From: Candidatus Humimicrobiaceae bacterium
GTDB taxonomy: Bacteria > Patescibacteriota > Minisyncoccia > Minisyncoccales > DG-74-1
Direction: 5' to 3'
Assembly (NCBI GenBank): GCA_035530555.1
Contig: DATKUR010000010.1
Location: 1-62,762 of the forward strand
DNA length: 62,762 nt
Position numbers and translations under genes: made by a program. Below are positions 19,090 to 29,251 of this stretch, piece after piece. A model generated the notes under the pieces. That model had not been told where the DNA came from, searched no databases, and saw only the letters and a program-made list of their open reading frames with translations. Each line of letters begins with the position of its first letter. Within the stretch, counting starts at the first letter, position 1.

Positions 19090-19246
19090 AATGGGTTAGT
19101 TTAACATTTTACTATTTTTTTTGCAAGGAATATGTTATAATTTAGAATGTAAAAATGCAAATCTCAAAAAGATAGTTCATAATTCAAGAATTTTAATTTT
19201 ACGTTTTCGTTTTGGTTTTTGAGATTTGGCTCCTTATATTAAAGCT

Positions 19247-19900
19247 ATGAATATTATTTGGCACGGACAATCTTGTTTTGAGATAATTGCCACGCCGGCT
19301 AAAAATAGCCAGATAAGAACCGTTATCGATCCCTTTCCCGAGGAGGTTGGGTTGAGAGTTCCAAAATTAGAAGCTGATATTATACTACTGACACACAATC
19401 ATTACATCCATAACAGTGTTAAGGCGGTTTCGGGCAATCCTTTTTTAATTTCTGGACCGGGCGAGTATGAAATAAAGAACGTTTTTATACAGGGGATCGC
19501 TTCTTTCTCTGATGATAAAAAAGAAAAAGAGGGGAACGAAAACACTGTTTATACTATTGAGACCGAAGACTTGAAACTTTGCCATTTGGGCGGTTTAGAC
19601 CAGAAAGAGCTGACCGAAGAGCAGCTGGAAGAGATCGGCGATATTGACATTTTAATGATTCCTATCGGCGGCGCTTATACCGTTTCGGCCAAAGAAGCTC
19701 TGAAAATAATGGCTCAAATAGAACCGAAGATTACTATCCCCATGTATTATGCCTTGCCTAAATTAAAGGTCAAACTTGATGGATTAGAAAAGTTTTTGAA
19801 ACCGCTAGGAATAAAATCAATTACACCTGAGTCGAAATTGACCATAAAACAGAAAGACATTTCAACCGAAGAAGCGAAAATAGTAATTCTTAAACCCTGA
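19247..19900 (+). CDS. Metallo-beta-lactamase-fold protein with degenerate metal ligands
   Basis: WHGQSCF, IDPF, GPGEYE, DILMIPIGG fit the MBL-fold Zn hydrolase family; ATG at 19247 preferred. Confidence 0.82.
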   Translation: MNIIWHGQSCFEIIATPAKNSQIRTVIDPFPEEVGLRVPKLEADIILLTHNHYIHNSVKAVSGNPFLISGPGEYEIKNVFIQGIASFSDDKKEKEGNENTVYTIETEDLKLCHLGGLDQKELTEEQLEEIGDIDILMIPIGGAYTVSAKEALKIMAQIEPKITIPMYYALPKLKVKLDGLEKFLKPLGIKSITPESKLTIKQKDISTEEAKIVILKP

Positions 19901-19907
19901 TTTTTAA

Positions 19908-22436
19908 ATGCCAAAAAATCTGCAAAAAATCAATAATACTGTCGGCCATGTCAAACCGCGGGAAATTACCGAGGAAATGAGAGAAAGTTATATTGATTAT
20001 GCTATGTCGGTGATTATCTCCCGGGCCCTGCCTGATGTCAGAGACGGTTTGAAACCGGTCCATCGCCGGATTTTATATACAATGCTAGAAGAAGGCTTAA
20101 GACATGACACTAGATTTAGAAAATCAGCTACTGTAGTGGGGAGCTGTCTTGGTCGCTATCATCCTCATGGCGACCAGGCGGTTTATGATTCGGCAATAAG
20201 GATGGCTCAGGATTTTTCTTTGAGATATCCCTTGATCCAAGGACAGGGCAATATGGGTTCAGTTGACGATCCCTCAGAGTTTGCCGCCATGCGTTATACA
20301 GAGATGCGGCTTTCCAAAATTGGCGAGGAGATGCTCAGGGATATTGAAAGAAATACGGTTGATTTTACTGATAATTACGATGGAACAAGAAAAGAGCCTG
20401 TTGTTTTACCCTCGCCACTGCCCCAGCTTTTACTAAACGGTTCTCTGGGAATTGCCGTTGGGATGGCTACCAACATTCCTTCCCATAATCTTTCCGAAGT
20501 AACGGATGCCTTAATTCATTTAATTGACCACCCCAAAGCCGAAACCGAGGATTTATTTAATTTTATCAAAGGCCCTGATTTTCCCACTGCCGGTCATATC
20601 TTTGACCAAAAAGCAATCATTGAGGCATATTCTCAGGGAAAAGGACCGATTTTAACCCGCGGGAAAGCAGAAGTGGTGGAGCATAAGAAAACCGGCCGAC
20701 AGCAGCTTGTTATTTCTGAAATTCCCTTTCAAGTTCAGAAATCAGTCCTAGTTGAGCAATTGGCCAATTTGGTTTCAGAAAAAAAGGTAGAAGGTATCAA
20801 GGACATCAGGGATGAATCGGATAAGGAAGGGATGAGAATTGTTATTGATTTGCAGAGAGAGGCTTACCCTCAAAAGATTTTAAACCGGCTTTATAAGTTT
20901 TCCGATTTGCAAAAAACTTTTCATTTAAATCTTCTGGCTCTGGTGGATGGTATTCAGCCCCGGGTCTTAAATTTACCGGAGCTATTAAATTATTTTATTT
21001 CCCACCGAAAAGAAATCGTTTTCCGAAGGACTAAATTTGATTTAGAAAAAGCCAAGGAAAGAGCCCATATTTTAGAAGGGCTTCATAAATGTCTTGCCAG
21101 AATTGACGAAGTCATTCAGACTATAAAAAAATCAGAGAGCCGAGAAGACGCCAAGACCAATTTAATTAAAAGATTTAAGCTGACAGAGATTCAGGCCAAT
21201 GCCATTTTGGAAACGAAGTTATCGGCCTTAGCCAGATTAGAAAGAAAAAAGATTGAAGATGAATTAAAAGAGATACGAGAGAAGATTAGGACATTAACAG
21301 CTATTTTAAAAAGCCCGCAAAAAATTAAAGAAGTGGTTAAAAAAGAACTTTCTTCTTTGAAAGAAAATTTTGGCGATGCCAGAAGAACGAAGGTTTTTTC
21401 CCAGAAAGTTGGCGAGATTGCCGAAGAGGACTTAGTTCCTCAAGAAGAAACAATTATTACTCTGACTCAGGGCGGTTATATTAAAAGGATTAACCCTAGG
21501 ACCTATAAAATCCAAAAAAGAGGGGGCAGAGGAATCTTAGGAATGAAAACCTTGCAGGACGACGTAGTTGAGCATTTTCTTTCAGCCCAAACTCATGATT
21601 CATTGCTTTTCTTTACTGATTCGGGAAAAGTTTTTAGAACTCTCGTTTATGAGATTCCCGAAGGTCAAAGAGTGACTAGGGGCCGGGGACTTTTGAACTT
21701 TTTGGAAATTTCTTCCGAAGATAAAATTTTATGCCTCCGGACTTTGGGCAAAGAGGATAAATTCTCTTCTTCCTCTCTCGCTAACGCTCGAGCAAGCAAG
21801 AAAAATGAAGAAGAGGGAGTGAAATATCTGGTCATGGCAACAAAAAATGGTATAATTAAAAAAACTCCCCTGAAAGATTTCGAAAACATCAGAAGATCAG
21901 GGCTGATCGCCATTACGCTGAAAAAAGGAGACGCACTCAAGAATGTGCAAAAAACTAGTGGCCAGGACGACATAATTCTCATAACCAAAAAAGGGCAAGC
22001 TATCAGGTTTAAAGAAAAAGAGATTAGGGACATGGGCAGGACCGCCTCGGGTATTAGAGGGATCAGGTTAAAGAAAGGAGATGAAGTGGTGACTATTGAC
22101 GTTCTTCGGGCCGGAAAAGAGAAACTAGAAACTAAAAACTGTCTCCTGGTGGTTACAGAAAATGGTTACGGGAAAAGAACTGATACTAAAGAATATAAAA
22201 CCCAGGGGAGAGGCGGATCCGGAATCAAGGCAGCCAATATTACCCCAAAAACCGGGAATTTGGCGGCAGCCAAAATTTTAACTGGCGAGGAAGAAGATTT
22301 GATCGTTATTTCTCAAAAAGGTCAGGTTATCAGAACTGAAATTAAGTCAATTCCTGCATTAAATCGGGCTACTCAGGGAGTGAGGATAATGAAGCTGGAG
22401 GCAGGAGATAAGGTTGCATCAGCAACCTGCATATAA
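19908..22436 (+). CDS. gyrA: DNA gyrase subunit A
   Basis: [28 protein letters not shown], GyrA box QKRGGRG, beta-pinwheel repeats. Confidence 0.97.
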   Translation: MPKNLQKINNTVGHVKPREITEEMRESYIDYAMSVIISRALPDVRDGLKPVHRRILYTMLEEGLRHDTRFRKSATVVGSCLGRYHPHGDQAVYDSAIRMAQDFSLRYPLIQGQGNMGSVDDPSEFAAMRYTEMRLSKIGEEMLRDIERNTVDFTDNYDGTRKEPVVLPSPLPQLLLNGSLGIAVGMATNIPSHNLSEVTDALIHLIDHPKAETEDLFNFIKGPDFPTAGHIFDQKAIIEAYSQGKGPILTRGKAEVVEHKKTGRQQLVISEIPFQVQKSVLVEQLANLVSEKKVEGIKDIRDESDKEGMRIVIDLQREAYPQKILNRLYKFSDLQKTFHLNLLALVDGIQPRVLNLPELLNYFISHRKEIVFRRTKFDLEKAKERAHILEGLHKCLARIDEVIQTIKKSESREDAKTNLIKRFKLTEIQANAILETKLSALARLERKKIEDELKEIREKIRTLTAILKSPQKIKEVVKKELSSLKENFGDARRTKVFSQKVGEIAEEDLVPQEETIITLTQGGYIKRINPRTYKIQKRGGRGILGMKTLQDDVVEHFLSAQTHDSLLFFTDSGKVFRTLVYEIPEGQRVTRGRGLLNFLEISSEDKILCLRTLGKEDKFSSSSLANARASKKNEEEGVKYLVMATKNGIIKKTPLKDFENIRRSGLIAITLKKGDALKNVQKTSGQDDIILITKKGQAIRFKEKEIRDMGRTASGIRGIRLKKGDEVVTIDVLRAGKEKLETKNCLLVVTENGYGKRTDTKEYKTQGRGGSGIKAANITPKTGNLAAAKILTGEEEDLIVISQKGQVIRTEIKSIPALNRATQGVRIMKLEAGDKVASATCI

Positions 22437-22441
22437 ATATA

Positions 22442-22960
22442 ATGATGCAAAACTTTCTAAATCCATTAGAAATATTAAAACATCTAAAACTGCGCAAGGG
22501 TATGGTGGCGGCTGACTTCGGTTCGGGGTCGGGCGGCTGGGCAATACCGCTGGCGAAAATCCTGGAAGAAGGCAAGGTCTATGCTATAGATATTTTGGAA
22601 GAACCCTTGTCTGCTTTGAGGGCCAGGGTGAAGATAGAAAAACTTTTTAATGTTGAAGCCAGAAAAGCTGACGTGGAAAAAGGGGTCACATTATTGTCTA
22701 ATTCTTGTGACGTAGTTTTGATGACCAATTTATTGTTTGAGTGCGAAAACAAAAAGCAGGTCTTGGAAGAAGGCAAGAGGGTTTTGAAAAAAAGCGGTAA
22801 GATTTTAGTGGTTGATTGGATAAAGGACAATCCTCTAACTTCGGAAATAGAATGGCTTGATTTTAACGAAATAAAAGAAATAGCCAAAGATCTTGGCTTG
22901 GAATCGGAAAAGGAGTTTGAAGCCGGTCTTTATCACCAGGGCTTGATATTGACAAAATAA
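22442..22960 (+). CDS. Class I SAM-dependent methyltransferase
   Basis: ADFGSGSG motif I, VYAIDI, RVLK.SG.ILVVDW. Confidence 0.88.
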   Translation: MMQNFLNPLEILKHLKLRKGMVAADFGSGSGGWAIPLAKILEEGKVYAIDILEEPLSALRARVKIEKLFNVEARKADVEKGVTLLSNSCDVVLMTNLLFECENKKQVLEEGKRVLKKSGKILVVDWIKDNPLTSEIEWLDFNEIKEIAKDLGLESEKEFEAGLYHQGLILTK

Positions 22961-22977
22961 TAATATACAATAATTTA

Positions 22978-23301
22978 ATGAAAAAAAGACTGCTAATTTT
23001 AATTTTTCTTGGCTTAGCTTTACCGTTATTAGCTCCAGCCGCTACTGACATTGTTATCACAAACCCGATAACAGCAACCAGTTTTGGGGAATTAGTTGAT
23101 GGTCTTTTAACTTTTCTTTGGTGGGTTGCTGTAGCTTTAGTTCCTCTGATGATTGTTATTGCTGGATTTTATTTTGTGACGGCGGCCGGAGACCCGGCCA
23201 AAGTTGAAAAAGCCAAGGGCATAATTCTTTATACTGTTATCGGTTTTTTCATTATTCTTTTGGCTCGAGGTTTCGTTGAACTTTTACAGACAATCTTATA
23301 A
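22978..23301 (+). CDS. CPR-type small pilin (TrbC/VirB2-like)
   Basis: Signal peptide, NP, two TMs linked by TAAGDPAKVEKAK. Confidence 0.78.
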   Translation: MKKRLLILIFLGLALPLLAPAATDIVITNPITATSFGELVDGLLTFLWWVAVALVPLMIVIAGFYFVTAAGDPAKVEKAKGIILYTVIGFFIILLARGFVELLQTIL

Positions 23302-23360
23302 ACTAAATAAAAGGTCGACCCCAAAGTTTTTAAAAAAATAAGACAATAAAATTTAAAAAG

Positions 23361-23681
23361 ATGAAAAAATTTTTACCGATTTTGGTTCTAATAACCTTGG
23401 TGTTACCCATAGTGACAGTAGCTCAGGTGACAACGCCATTGTTACCGACAAATGTAGACTTACTCGACATGATTGCCCAGATTGCTAACTACCTTTTCTG
23501 GATTTTATTAGCTATCTCGATAGTTGTTATAGTTTATGCCGGTATTTTGTTCGTCACGGCGTCTGGTAGTGCCGAACAAGTAGAAAAAGCCAGGGGCATA
23601 ATTCTCTATGCTATAGTCGGAATTATTGTTGCCTTTCTTGCCTACGGGATTCGTGCATTCCTGCTGCAGATGACACCGTAA
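23361..23681 (+). CDS. CPR-type small pilin (TrbC/VirB2-like), paralogue
   Basis: Signal peptide, two TMs linked by TASGSAEQVEKAR; shares EKA.GIILY with the neighbour. Confidence 0.78.
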   Translation: MKKFLPILVLITLVLPIVTVAQVTTPLLPTNVDLLDMIAQIANYLFWILLAISIVVIVYAGILFVTASGSAEQVEKARGIILYAIVGIIVAFLAYGIRAFLLQMTP

Positions 23682-23724
23682 GAATACAGCTTATCTTTAA
23701 AGACACAAAGATAAATTTCTCCTA

Positions 23725-25164
23725 ATGAAATTAAGAAAAGAGAGTTTTTTGTTTAGGATTTTAAATTCCTGGGAGATATTTCTCCTGGGAATTTTCAGTT
23801 TCTTTACCAGATTTTTTAACCTTAGTTTCCCTCCGAAAGTTGTTTTTGACGAAGCCCATTTCGGGCTTTATGCTACCAAATATCTCTCTCAGCAATATTA
23901 TTTTGATATTCATCCTCCTTTGGGAAAAATCTTGCTGGCTCTTTCCGGTTTTTTTGGAAGAGTTCAGGCCGGATTTGATTTCGCCGTCGATAGTGATTAC
24001 GGCGATTTAAATTTTTTAGCCCTTCGCTTTTTACCAGCTCTTTTTGGCTCCCTTTTAGTATTACTTATTTATTTTTTGGTCAAAGAAATGGGCTTTTCCA
24101 AAAGAATTGCTTTTTTGTCAGGTTTTTTAGTCCTATTTGAGAATGCTCTGATAGTTCAATCAAGGTTCATTTTACTTGATATTATTTTAATTTTTTTTAT
24201 TTTTTTAAGTTTTTACCTTTTCTTTTTGTGCAAAAGGTTTCCAGTTTTTTCTGCTAAGTGGTATCTTTTTAATTTTCTAACAGGTTTAAGCTTAGGAGTA
24301 GCTATTTCTATAAAATGGACAGGAGTTGGCGTTCTGGCAATTATCTGGCTCTTGGCTTTTAGCGAGATTGTTTTAAAAGAAAGTTTCAAGAAGGCAAATT
24401 TGATAAAAATTTTTTCTTTCCTTGTTTTACCTTTAGCTGTCTATTTTTTAATTTTTGTTATTCATTTTTCTCTTTTACCTCTAGCTTGTACTTCAGACTG
24501 TGGGGTCGTCCTCGATCATTACTTAGAAAATACCTCAAGCCCTCTTTATTCAAATTTTAATCAGCCGCCAGAGGGGAATTTGTTTAAAAAATTCGTTGAG
24601 ACAAATAGACTGATGCTTCTTGGTAATCTGAGCTCAACAATGATTTTTAATTATCAGTCCGATTGGTATAGTTGGCCCTTTATGATTAGGCCGGTTCATT
24701 ATTTTATAGAAGCTCAAAACGACAAGACCTCTTATATTTTTCTTTTAGGAAATCCGATTACTTGGTGGCTGGGGGTTATTGGAGTTATCGGAATTTTATA
24801 TTTATTGATAAAAAATTATTTCTACTCTTTCAAACTGAAAATACCCACTCTTTTTTACTCTGATAATTTAGGAATTTTATTCTTGGGTTACTTTATTTAT
24901 TTGATTCCTTTTTTAGCAATCAAACGATTTATGTTAATCTATCATTATTTGCCGGCCTTGGTTTTTTCGATAATTATATTCTCGGTTTTTTTAAATAGTA
25001 TCTTAGAAACCTTTTTTTCAAAGAAAAAAAATAATTTTATTTTTTTTGTTCTTTTACTTCTAATTTTTATTAGCTTTCTCTTTTTTTCTCCCCTAACCTA
25101 TGGCTTCCCTTTAAACGGAGAAGAGTTCCAGCTCAGAATGTGGCTTCCTAGCTGGAGTCTTTAA
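23725..25164 (+). CDS. Protein O-mannosyltransferase-like GT-C glycosyltransferase (PMT)
   Basis: VFDEAHF, FDIHPPLGK, SRFILLD, KWTG, YHYLP; polytopic. Confidence 0.9.
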   Translation: MKLRKESFLFRILNSWEIFLLGIFSFFTRFFNLSFPPKVVFDEAHFGLYATKYLSQQYYFDIHPPLGKILLALSGFFGRVQAGFDFAVDSDYGDLNFLALRFLPALFGSLLVLLIYFLVKEMGFSKRIAFLSGFLVLFENALIVQSRFILLDIILIFFIFLSFYLFFLCKRFPVFSAKWYLFNFLTGLSLGVAISIKWTGVGVLAIIWLLAFSEIVLKESFKKANLIKIFSFLVLPLAVYFLIFVIHFSLLPLACTSDCGVVLDHYLENTSSPLYSNFNQPPEGNLFKKFVETNRLMLLGNLSSTMIFNYQSDWYSWPFMIRPVHYFIEAQNDKTSYIFLLGNPITWWLGVIGVIGILYLLIKNYFYSFKLKIPTLFYSDNLGILFLGYFIYLIPFLAIKRFMLIYHYLPALVFSIIIFSVFLNSILETFFSKKKNNFIFFVLLLLIFISFLFFSPLTYGFPLNGEEFQLRMWLPSWSL

Positions 25165-25235
25165 TAAAGAATTGATTTTTTATATCTAAAGAGATAAAAT
25201 TTTAAAAGCTGAGGTGAAATACATCGTCCGATTTT

Positions 25236-25317
25236 GTCCCCGTGGCGGAACTGGAATACGCGTAGCGCTTAGGACGCTATCCCGAAAGGGTTGCAGGTTC
25301 GAGTCCTGCCGGGGACA
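25236..25317 (+). tRNA. tRNA-Leu(TAG)
   Basis: GTCCCCG/CGGGGAC, TAGCG-CTTAGGA-CGCTA, variable arm. Confidence 0.93.
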
Positions 25318-25366
25318 CATTAAAAGTGCGAGGTGAGAAGTCTTGTGATAATTAAAATCTCTCCAT

Positions 25367-25402
25367 CAATACAAAAACCGCCTTGGGGCGGTTTTTGTAT
25401 TG
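25367..25402. terminator. Bidirectional intrinsic terminator
   Basis: CAATACAAAAACCGCC-TTGG-GGCGGTTTTTGTATTG, perfect 16-bp IR between convergent units. Confidence 0.85.
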
Positions 25403-25435
25403 TATATTAAAGATTGATAATTGAAAATTTCTATC

Positions 25436-26191
25436 TTAAATTCTTACTTTGATTTTGCGCAATTTTTCTCTTAGCATTTTGGGGATTTTGATGGTTAGGA
25501 TTCCGTCTTTCATCGTTGCTTCGACCCGTTCGGGGTCGACTTCAACCGGCATAACTACTTCCCGGGAAAAAGGACCCCAATAACATTCCTGGGTAAAATA
25601 ATCGCCGCTTTCTTCAAATGGCTTTTCCCGGTTTCCCCGAATAGTAAGGATATCTCTTTCTATCGCAATATCTAGGTTCTCTGGCTTCACTCCGGCAATG
25701 GCTGACTGGATTACCACTTCGTTCTCGATTTGATAAACATCAATTGCCAATTCTCCTTCGGCTTCAAGCCATTTTTCCTCGACCTCTATATTTTTTTTGC
25801 TTGCCGGGGTTTCAGTCTCAACGGGAGCGAAAGATGATTTTTTTTGCTCTGCTTTCACTTTCATGAGCTGTTCTTCCACTGCCGACCTGCCCTGCGGGGA
25901 GGCAAGAGAAATAGCCGCAGCTTCTCCAACTGCTGACTTACCCTTTAAGGAGGCGGGAGAAGAAGTCACAGCTTCTTCGACCTCTATTTTTTTGGGTTTT
26001 CGAGCTCTTTTCTTTCTTACTGGTTTTTCCTCGCTTGCCGACTTTCCTCGAAAGGAGACGGAAGAAGAAGCCGTAGTTTTTTCGGCCTCTTCTGTCTTAC
26101 TCTCTGGATCTTCGGCAAAGGAGGATTCTTCTATTTCTCCGGATTCTTCAATCCCCATTCCTTTTTTAAGTTTTTCAAAAAAAGACGCCAT
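25436..26191 (-). CDS. Hsp20/alpha-crystallin protein with repeat-expanded N-terminus
   Basis: EGELAIDVYQ, AGVKPE, LTIRG, ECYWGPFSR, DGILTIKIPK; ATG at 26191 preferred. Confidence 0.88.
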   Translation of the reverse strand: MASFFEKLKKGMGIEESGEIEESSFAEDPESKTEEAEKTTASSSVSFRGKSASEEKPVRKKRARKPKKIEVEEAVTSSPASLKGKSAVGEAAAISLASPQGRSAVEEQLMKVKAEQKKSSFAPVETETPASKKNIEVEEKWLEAEGELAIDVYQIENEVVIQSAIAGVKPENLDIAIERDILTIRGNREKPFEESGDYFTQECYWGPFSREVVMPVEVDPERVEATMKDGILTIKIPKMLREKLRKIKVRI

Positions 26192-26276
26192 AGTACTTAA
26201 TTTTATCAGGTAGTAGAGATTGGACAAGTGTTTTGTCTTGCGAAACACCGATATGCCCGAGGCAGCCCAATTTTCA

Positions 26277-27080
26277 CTACCTGATTTTACAAATACTTTT
26301 CATTTTTTTCAACCTTTTGAAGCCAAGCGTAATAAAAATAGCCAAGCCTGCCAACATAATTATTATCAATAGAAACCATATTAGATTTTCCGTCTCTGCT
26401 GCTTGCATAATAACATAATTAAAGGCTGCGTGTAAAGCCGCAGCTGAGACGAGCCCCTGAATTAGCAATCTTAACCTTTGCTTGGGATCGTAAAACGACA
26501 GAGCCAGAAAATATCCCAAGATTCCTGACCAGAGAGCGTGTCCAAATACCGCACCGAGAAAACGAAAAATATTAGTTAAAAAAACGGCATAGAAAATATC
26601 TCCCGAAAAAGTACCTCCAAATACTACGCTAAGAAAATGAATGACGTTGGTTAAAAAAACAGGGCAAACAATATCTGTTGGCGGGAAAAAATATATCCGA
26701 AACAGATATAAGATATTTTCCAACGCAGCAAATCCCAAAGCAGCAATAATCATATAGAGCATCACGTCCAAGGGTTCGTCAAGTTCGGAACTTCGTAAGA
26801 CACTGGCTTTAACAACTAAATATTTTGAAAATTCTTCTATCAGCGCTACTCCCACAAATATATTTAGAATTAAAATTAGGAAGGGCGAGCAGGATAATTT
26901 TTCAGTGACCTCAAGAAACCCTAACGAAAGAATGGCAGCCGGAATAGTTACCAGCATTCCGTATAAGAAGACCCGCAAGATCATTTGGTTAGATTCAGGG
27001 TGAGCGTCTTTTCTTAAGAAAAACAAAAGCCAGATGAAGCTGGGCAATAGAGCAAAAATAATTAAGAAAAAATAATACAT
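26277..27080 (-). CDS. PrsW-family intramembrane protease
   Basis: EExxK, GFAALEN, HALWS, HAAFN motifs. Confidence 0.9.
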   Translation of the reverse strand: MYYFFLIIFALLPSFIWLLFFLRKDAHPESNQMILRVFLYGMLVTIPAAILSLGFLEVTEKLSCSPFLILILNIFVGVALIEEFSKYLVVKASVLRSSELDEPLDVMLYMIIAALGFAALENILYLFRIYFFPPTDIVCPVFLTNVIHFLSVVFGGTFSGDIFYAVFLTNIFRFLGAVFGHALWSGILGYFLALSFYDPKQRLRLLIQGLVSAAALHAAFNYVIMQAAETENLIWFLLIIIMLAGLAIFITLGFKRLKKMKSICKIR

Positions 27081-27133
27081 AAATTAATTAAAACTCTTCG
27101 ACCGCTGAAACCTTAGCTGAGGCGAAAGAAGAG

Positions 27134-29251
27134 TTAAAACTCTTCGACCATCAGGCACTTTTTTTTATTTTTAATTGGCAGTTTTTGATAAATTTCTTCG
27201 GTAATAAACGGCACAAAAGGATGTAAAAGTTTTAATGAAGTTAGCAACACATATAATAATATTTTCTGGGTATTTTTTTTGTCTTTTTGAAATTTACTTT
27301 TTTCGATATAAACATCGCAAAAATCGTGCCAAAAGAAATTATAAAGCCTGCGAGAGGCTGGTCCGAATCGAAAACCTTCCAAGTCCTTATTAACTAATTT
27401 TATTATTTTTTTTAGTGCCTTCAGGATTTTTCTGTCAGCCGTAGTTAAATTTTTCGTCTGCGTAAATTCGCGTCGTGAGTCAAGAGAACCTAAGTCATTA
27501 TAAATCCGCGCAGATTTGCCCATTAGAACAAACCGTGAAGCGTTCCATAATTTATTACAAAACTTCCTTCCCATAACAATATTATCTTCCACAAACCTGA
27601 TGTCTTGTCCTCCCATAATCTGCCAGGCAATGCCGAATCGCGTGGCGTCAGCTCCATACTTTTCAATCAATAAAACCGGATCAATTCCCGTGCCCAGGGA
27701 CTTTGACATCCTTTTTCCTTCTCGCGTCAAAACCGTGGCATGAACATAAACATCTTTAAAGGGTGGCTTTTTCATGAATTCCATTCCCGAAAAAATCATT
27801 CTGGCCACCCATAAATTAATAATTCCTCTGTCAGTACTCAAAACATCAGTCGGGTAAAACCTATTTAAGTCATTTTTATCTTTTTTCGGCCAGCCTAATG
27901 TTGCAAATGGCCAGAGGGCGGCCGAGAACCAAGTGTCAAGCACATCGGTTTCTCCTTTAATAGGAACTTTGTGTCCCCACCATAATTGCCTTGAAACACA
28001 CCAGTCCTCGATGTTTCTTAACCAGTCAAAATATACTTTTTCCCAGCGCTTTGGGAAAAATCGGACCTTTCTTGACTTAACGGTTTTAATGGCCGTTTTC
28101 GCCAATTGGTCCATTTTCAGGAACCACTGCTCCGAAGGAATTAATTCAATAGCGGTTCCACATCTGTAACACATAGGTACTTGATGGTCATAATCTTCAA
28201 TTTTCTCAATCAAGCCCAGGTTGGTCAATTCTTCAACAATTCTTCCCCTTACTTCAAGGGTTTTGAGGCCTTGATATTTTTCAACATTTATTATTTCTCC
28301 CATTTCGTCAATTACTTGGAGAATTTGCAGGTTGTGGCGCCGGCTGATTTGGTAATCTGTGGCATCGTGGGCCGGCGTTACTTTAACCGCTCCCGTGCCG
28401 AATTTTTGATCGACCGCTTTGTCGGCGACAATGGGAATCTGTCGGCTTGTCAGCGGCAAAATAATTTCTTTGCCAACCAAATTTTTATATCTTTTGTCGT
28501 TAGGATTTACGGCTACTGCCGTATCACCAAGCATGGTTTCCGGTCTGGTCGTTGCGACAGTAATGAAATTATTGTGGTCTTGAGCTTGTCGGAGAGCCAC
28601 CTCTTTTTTAAACGGATATTTTATATACCATAATTTCCCATTCTCCTCTTTATATTCAATTTCCAAATCTGATAGACTTGTTTGGCATCTTGGGCACCAG
28701 TTTACCACCCGCTTGCCCTTATAAATCCAACCCTTCTTGTAATAATGCAAAAAAGCGGTCTCAACCGCTTTAGCGTAATCTCTGTCTAGGGTGAACCTGG
28801 TTCGCGACCAATCTAAAGAACAACCCAGTTTTTTAAATTGCTCTAGAATAATATTTCCGTATTTAATTTTCCACTGCCAGACCCTTTCCAAAAATTTTTC
28901 CTTACCCAAACCAAAACGTGTTTTACCTTCTTTTTTCAATTCCTTTTCAACTACGTTCTGGGTGGCAATACTGGCGTGGTCAGTGCCCGGCAGCCACAGG
29001 GTTTTATAGCCCTGGAGCCGCCGCCAGCGAATTAAAACATCCTGAATCGTGGCATTCAGGGCGTGGCCCATATGAAGGGAGCCGGTAATATTTGGCGGCG
29101 GAATAACAATGCAATAATTCTTTGTTTTTTGTTTCCTACTTCTTGTTCCCGGCAGTTTATCAGGATTAAAAAAACCGCTCTTTTGCCAGAGATTATAAAT
29201 TTTATCCTCAACTTTTTTGGGGTCGTAAACTTTCGGCAGCTCCATATACAT
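27134..29251 (-). CDS. valS: Valine--tRNA ligase (no C-terminal coiled coil)
   Basis: PPPNITGSLHMGH, ATTRPET, WCVSRQLWWGH, RMSKS. Confidence 0.96.
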   Translation of the reverse strand: MYMELPKVYDPKKVEDKIYNLWQKSGFFNPDKLPGTRSRKQKTKNYCIVIPPPNITGSLHMGHALNATIQDVLIRWRRLQGYKTLWLPGTDHASIATQNVVEKELKKEGKTRFGLGKEKFLERVWQWKIKYGNIILEQFKKLGCSLDWSRTRFTLDRDYAKAVETAFLHYYKKGWIYKGKRVVNWCPRCQTSLSDLEIEYKEENGKLWYIKYPFKKEVALRQAQDHNNFITVATTRPETMLGDTAVAVNPNDKRYKNLVGKEIILPLTSRQIPIVADKAVDQKFGTGAVKVTPAHDATDYQISRRHNLQILQVIDEMGEIINVEKYQGLKTLEVRGRIVEELTNLGLIEKIEDYDHQVPMCYRCGTAIELIPSEQWFLKMDQLAKTAIKTVKSRKVRFFPKRWEKVYFDWLRNIEDWCVSRQLWWGHKVPIKGETDVLDTWFSAALWPFATLGWPKKDKNDLNRFYPTDVLSTDRGIINLWVARMIFSGMEFMKKPPFKDVYVHATVLTREGKRMSKSLGTGIDPVLLIEKYGADATRFGIAWQIMGGQDIRFVEDNIVMGRKFCNKLWNASRFVLMGKSARIYNDLGSLDSRREFTQTKNLTTADRKILKALKKIIKLVNKDLEGFRFGPASRRLYNFFWHDFCDVYIEKSKFQKDKKNTQKILLYVLLTSLKLLHPFVPFITEEIYQKLPIKNKKKCLMVEEF

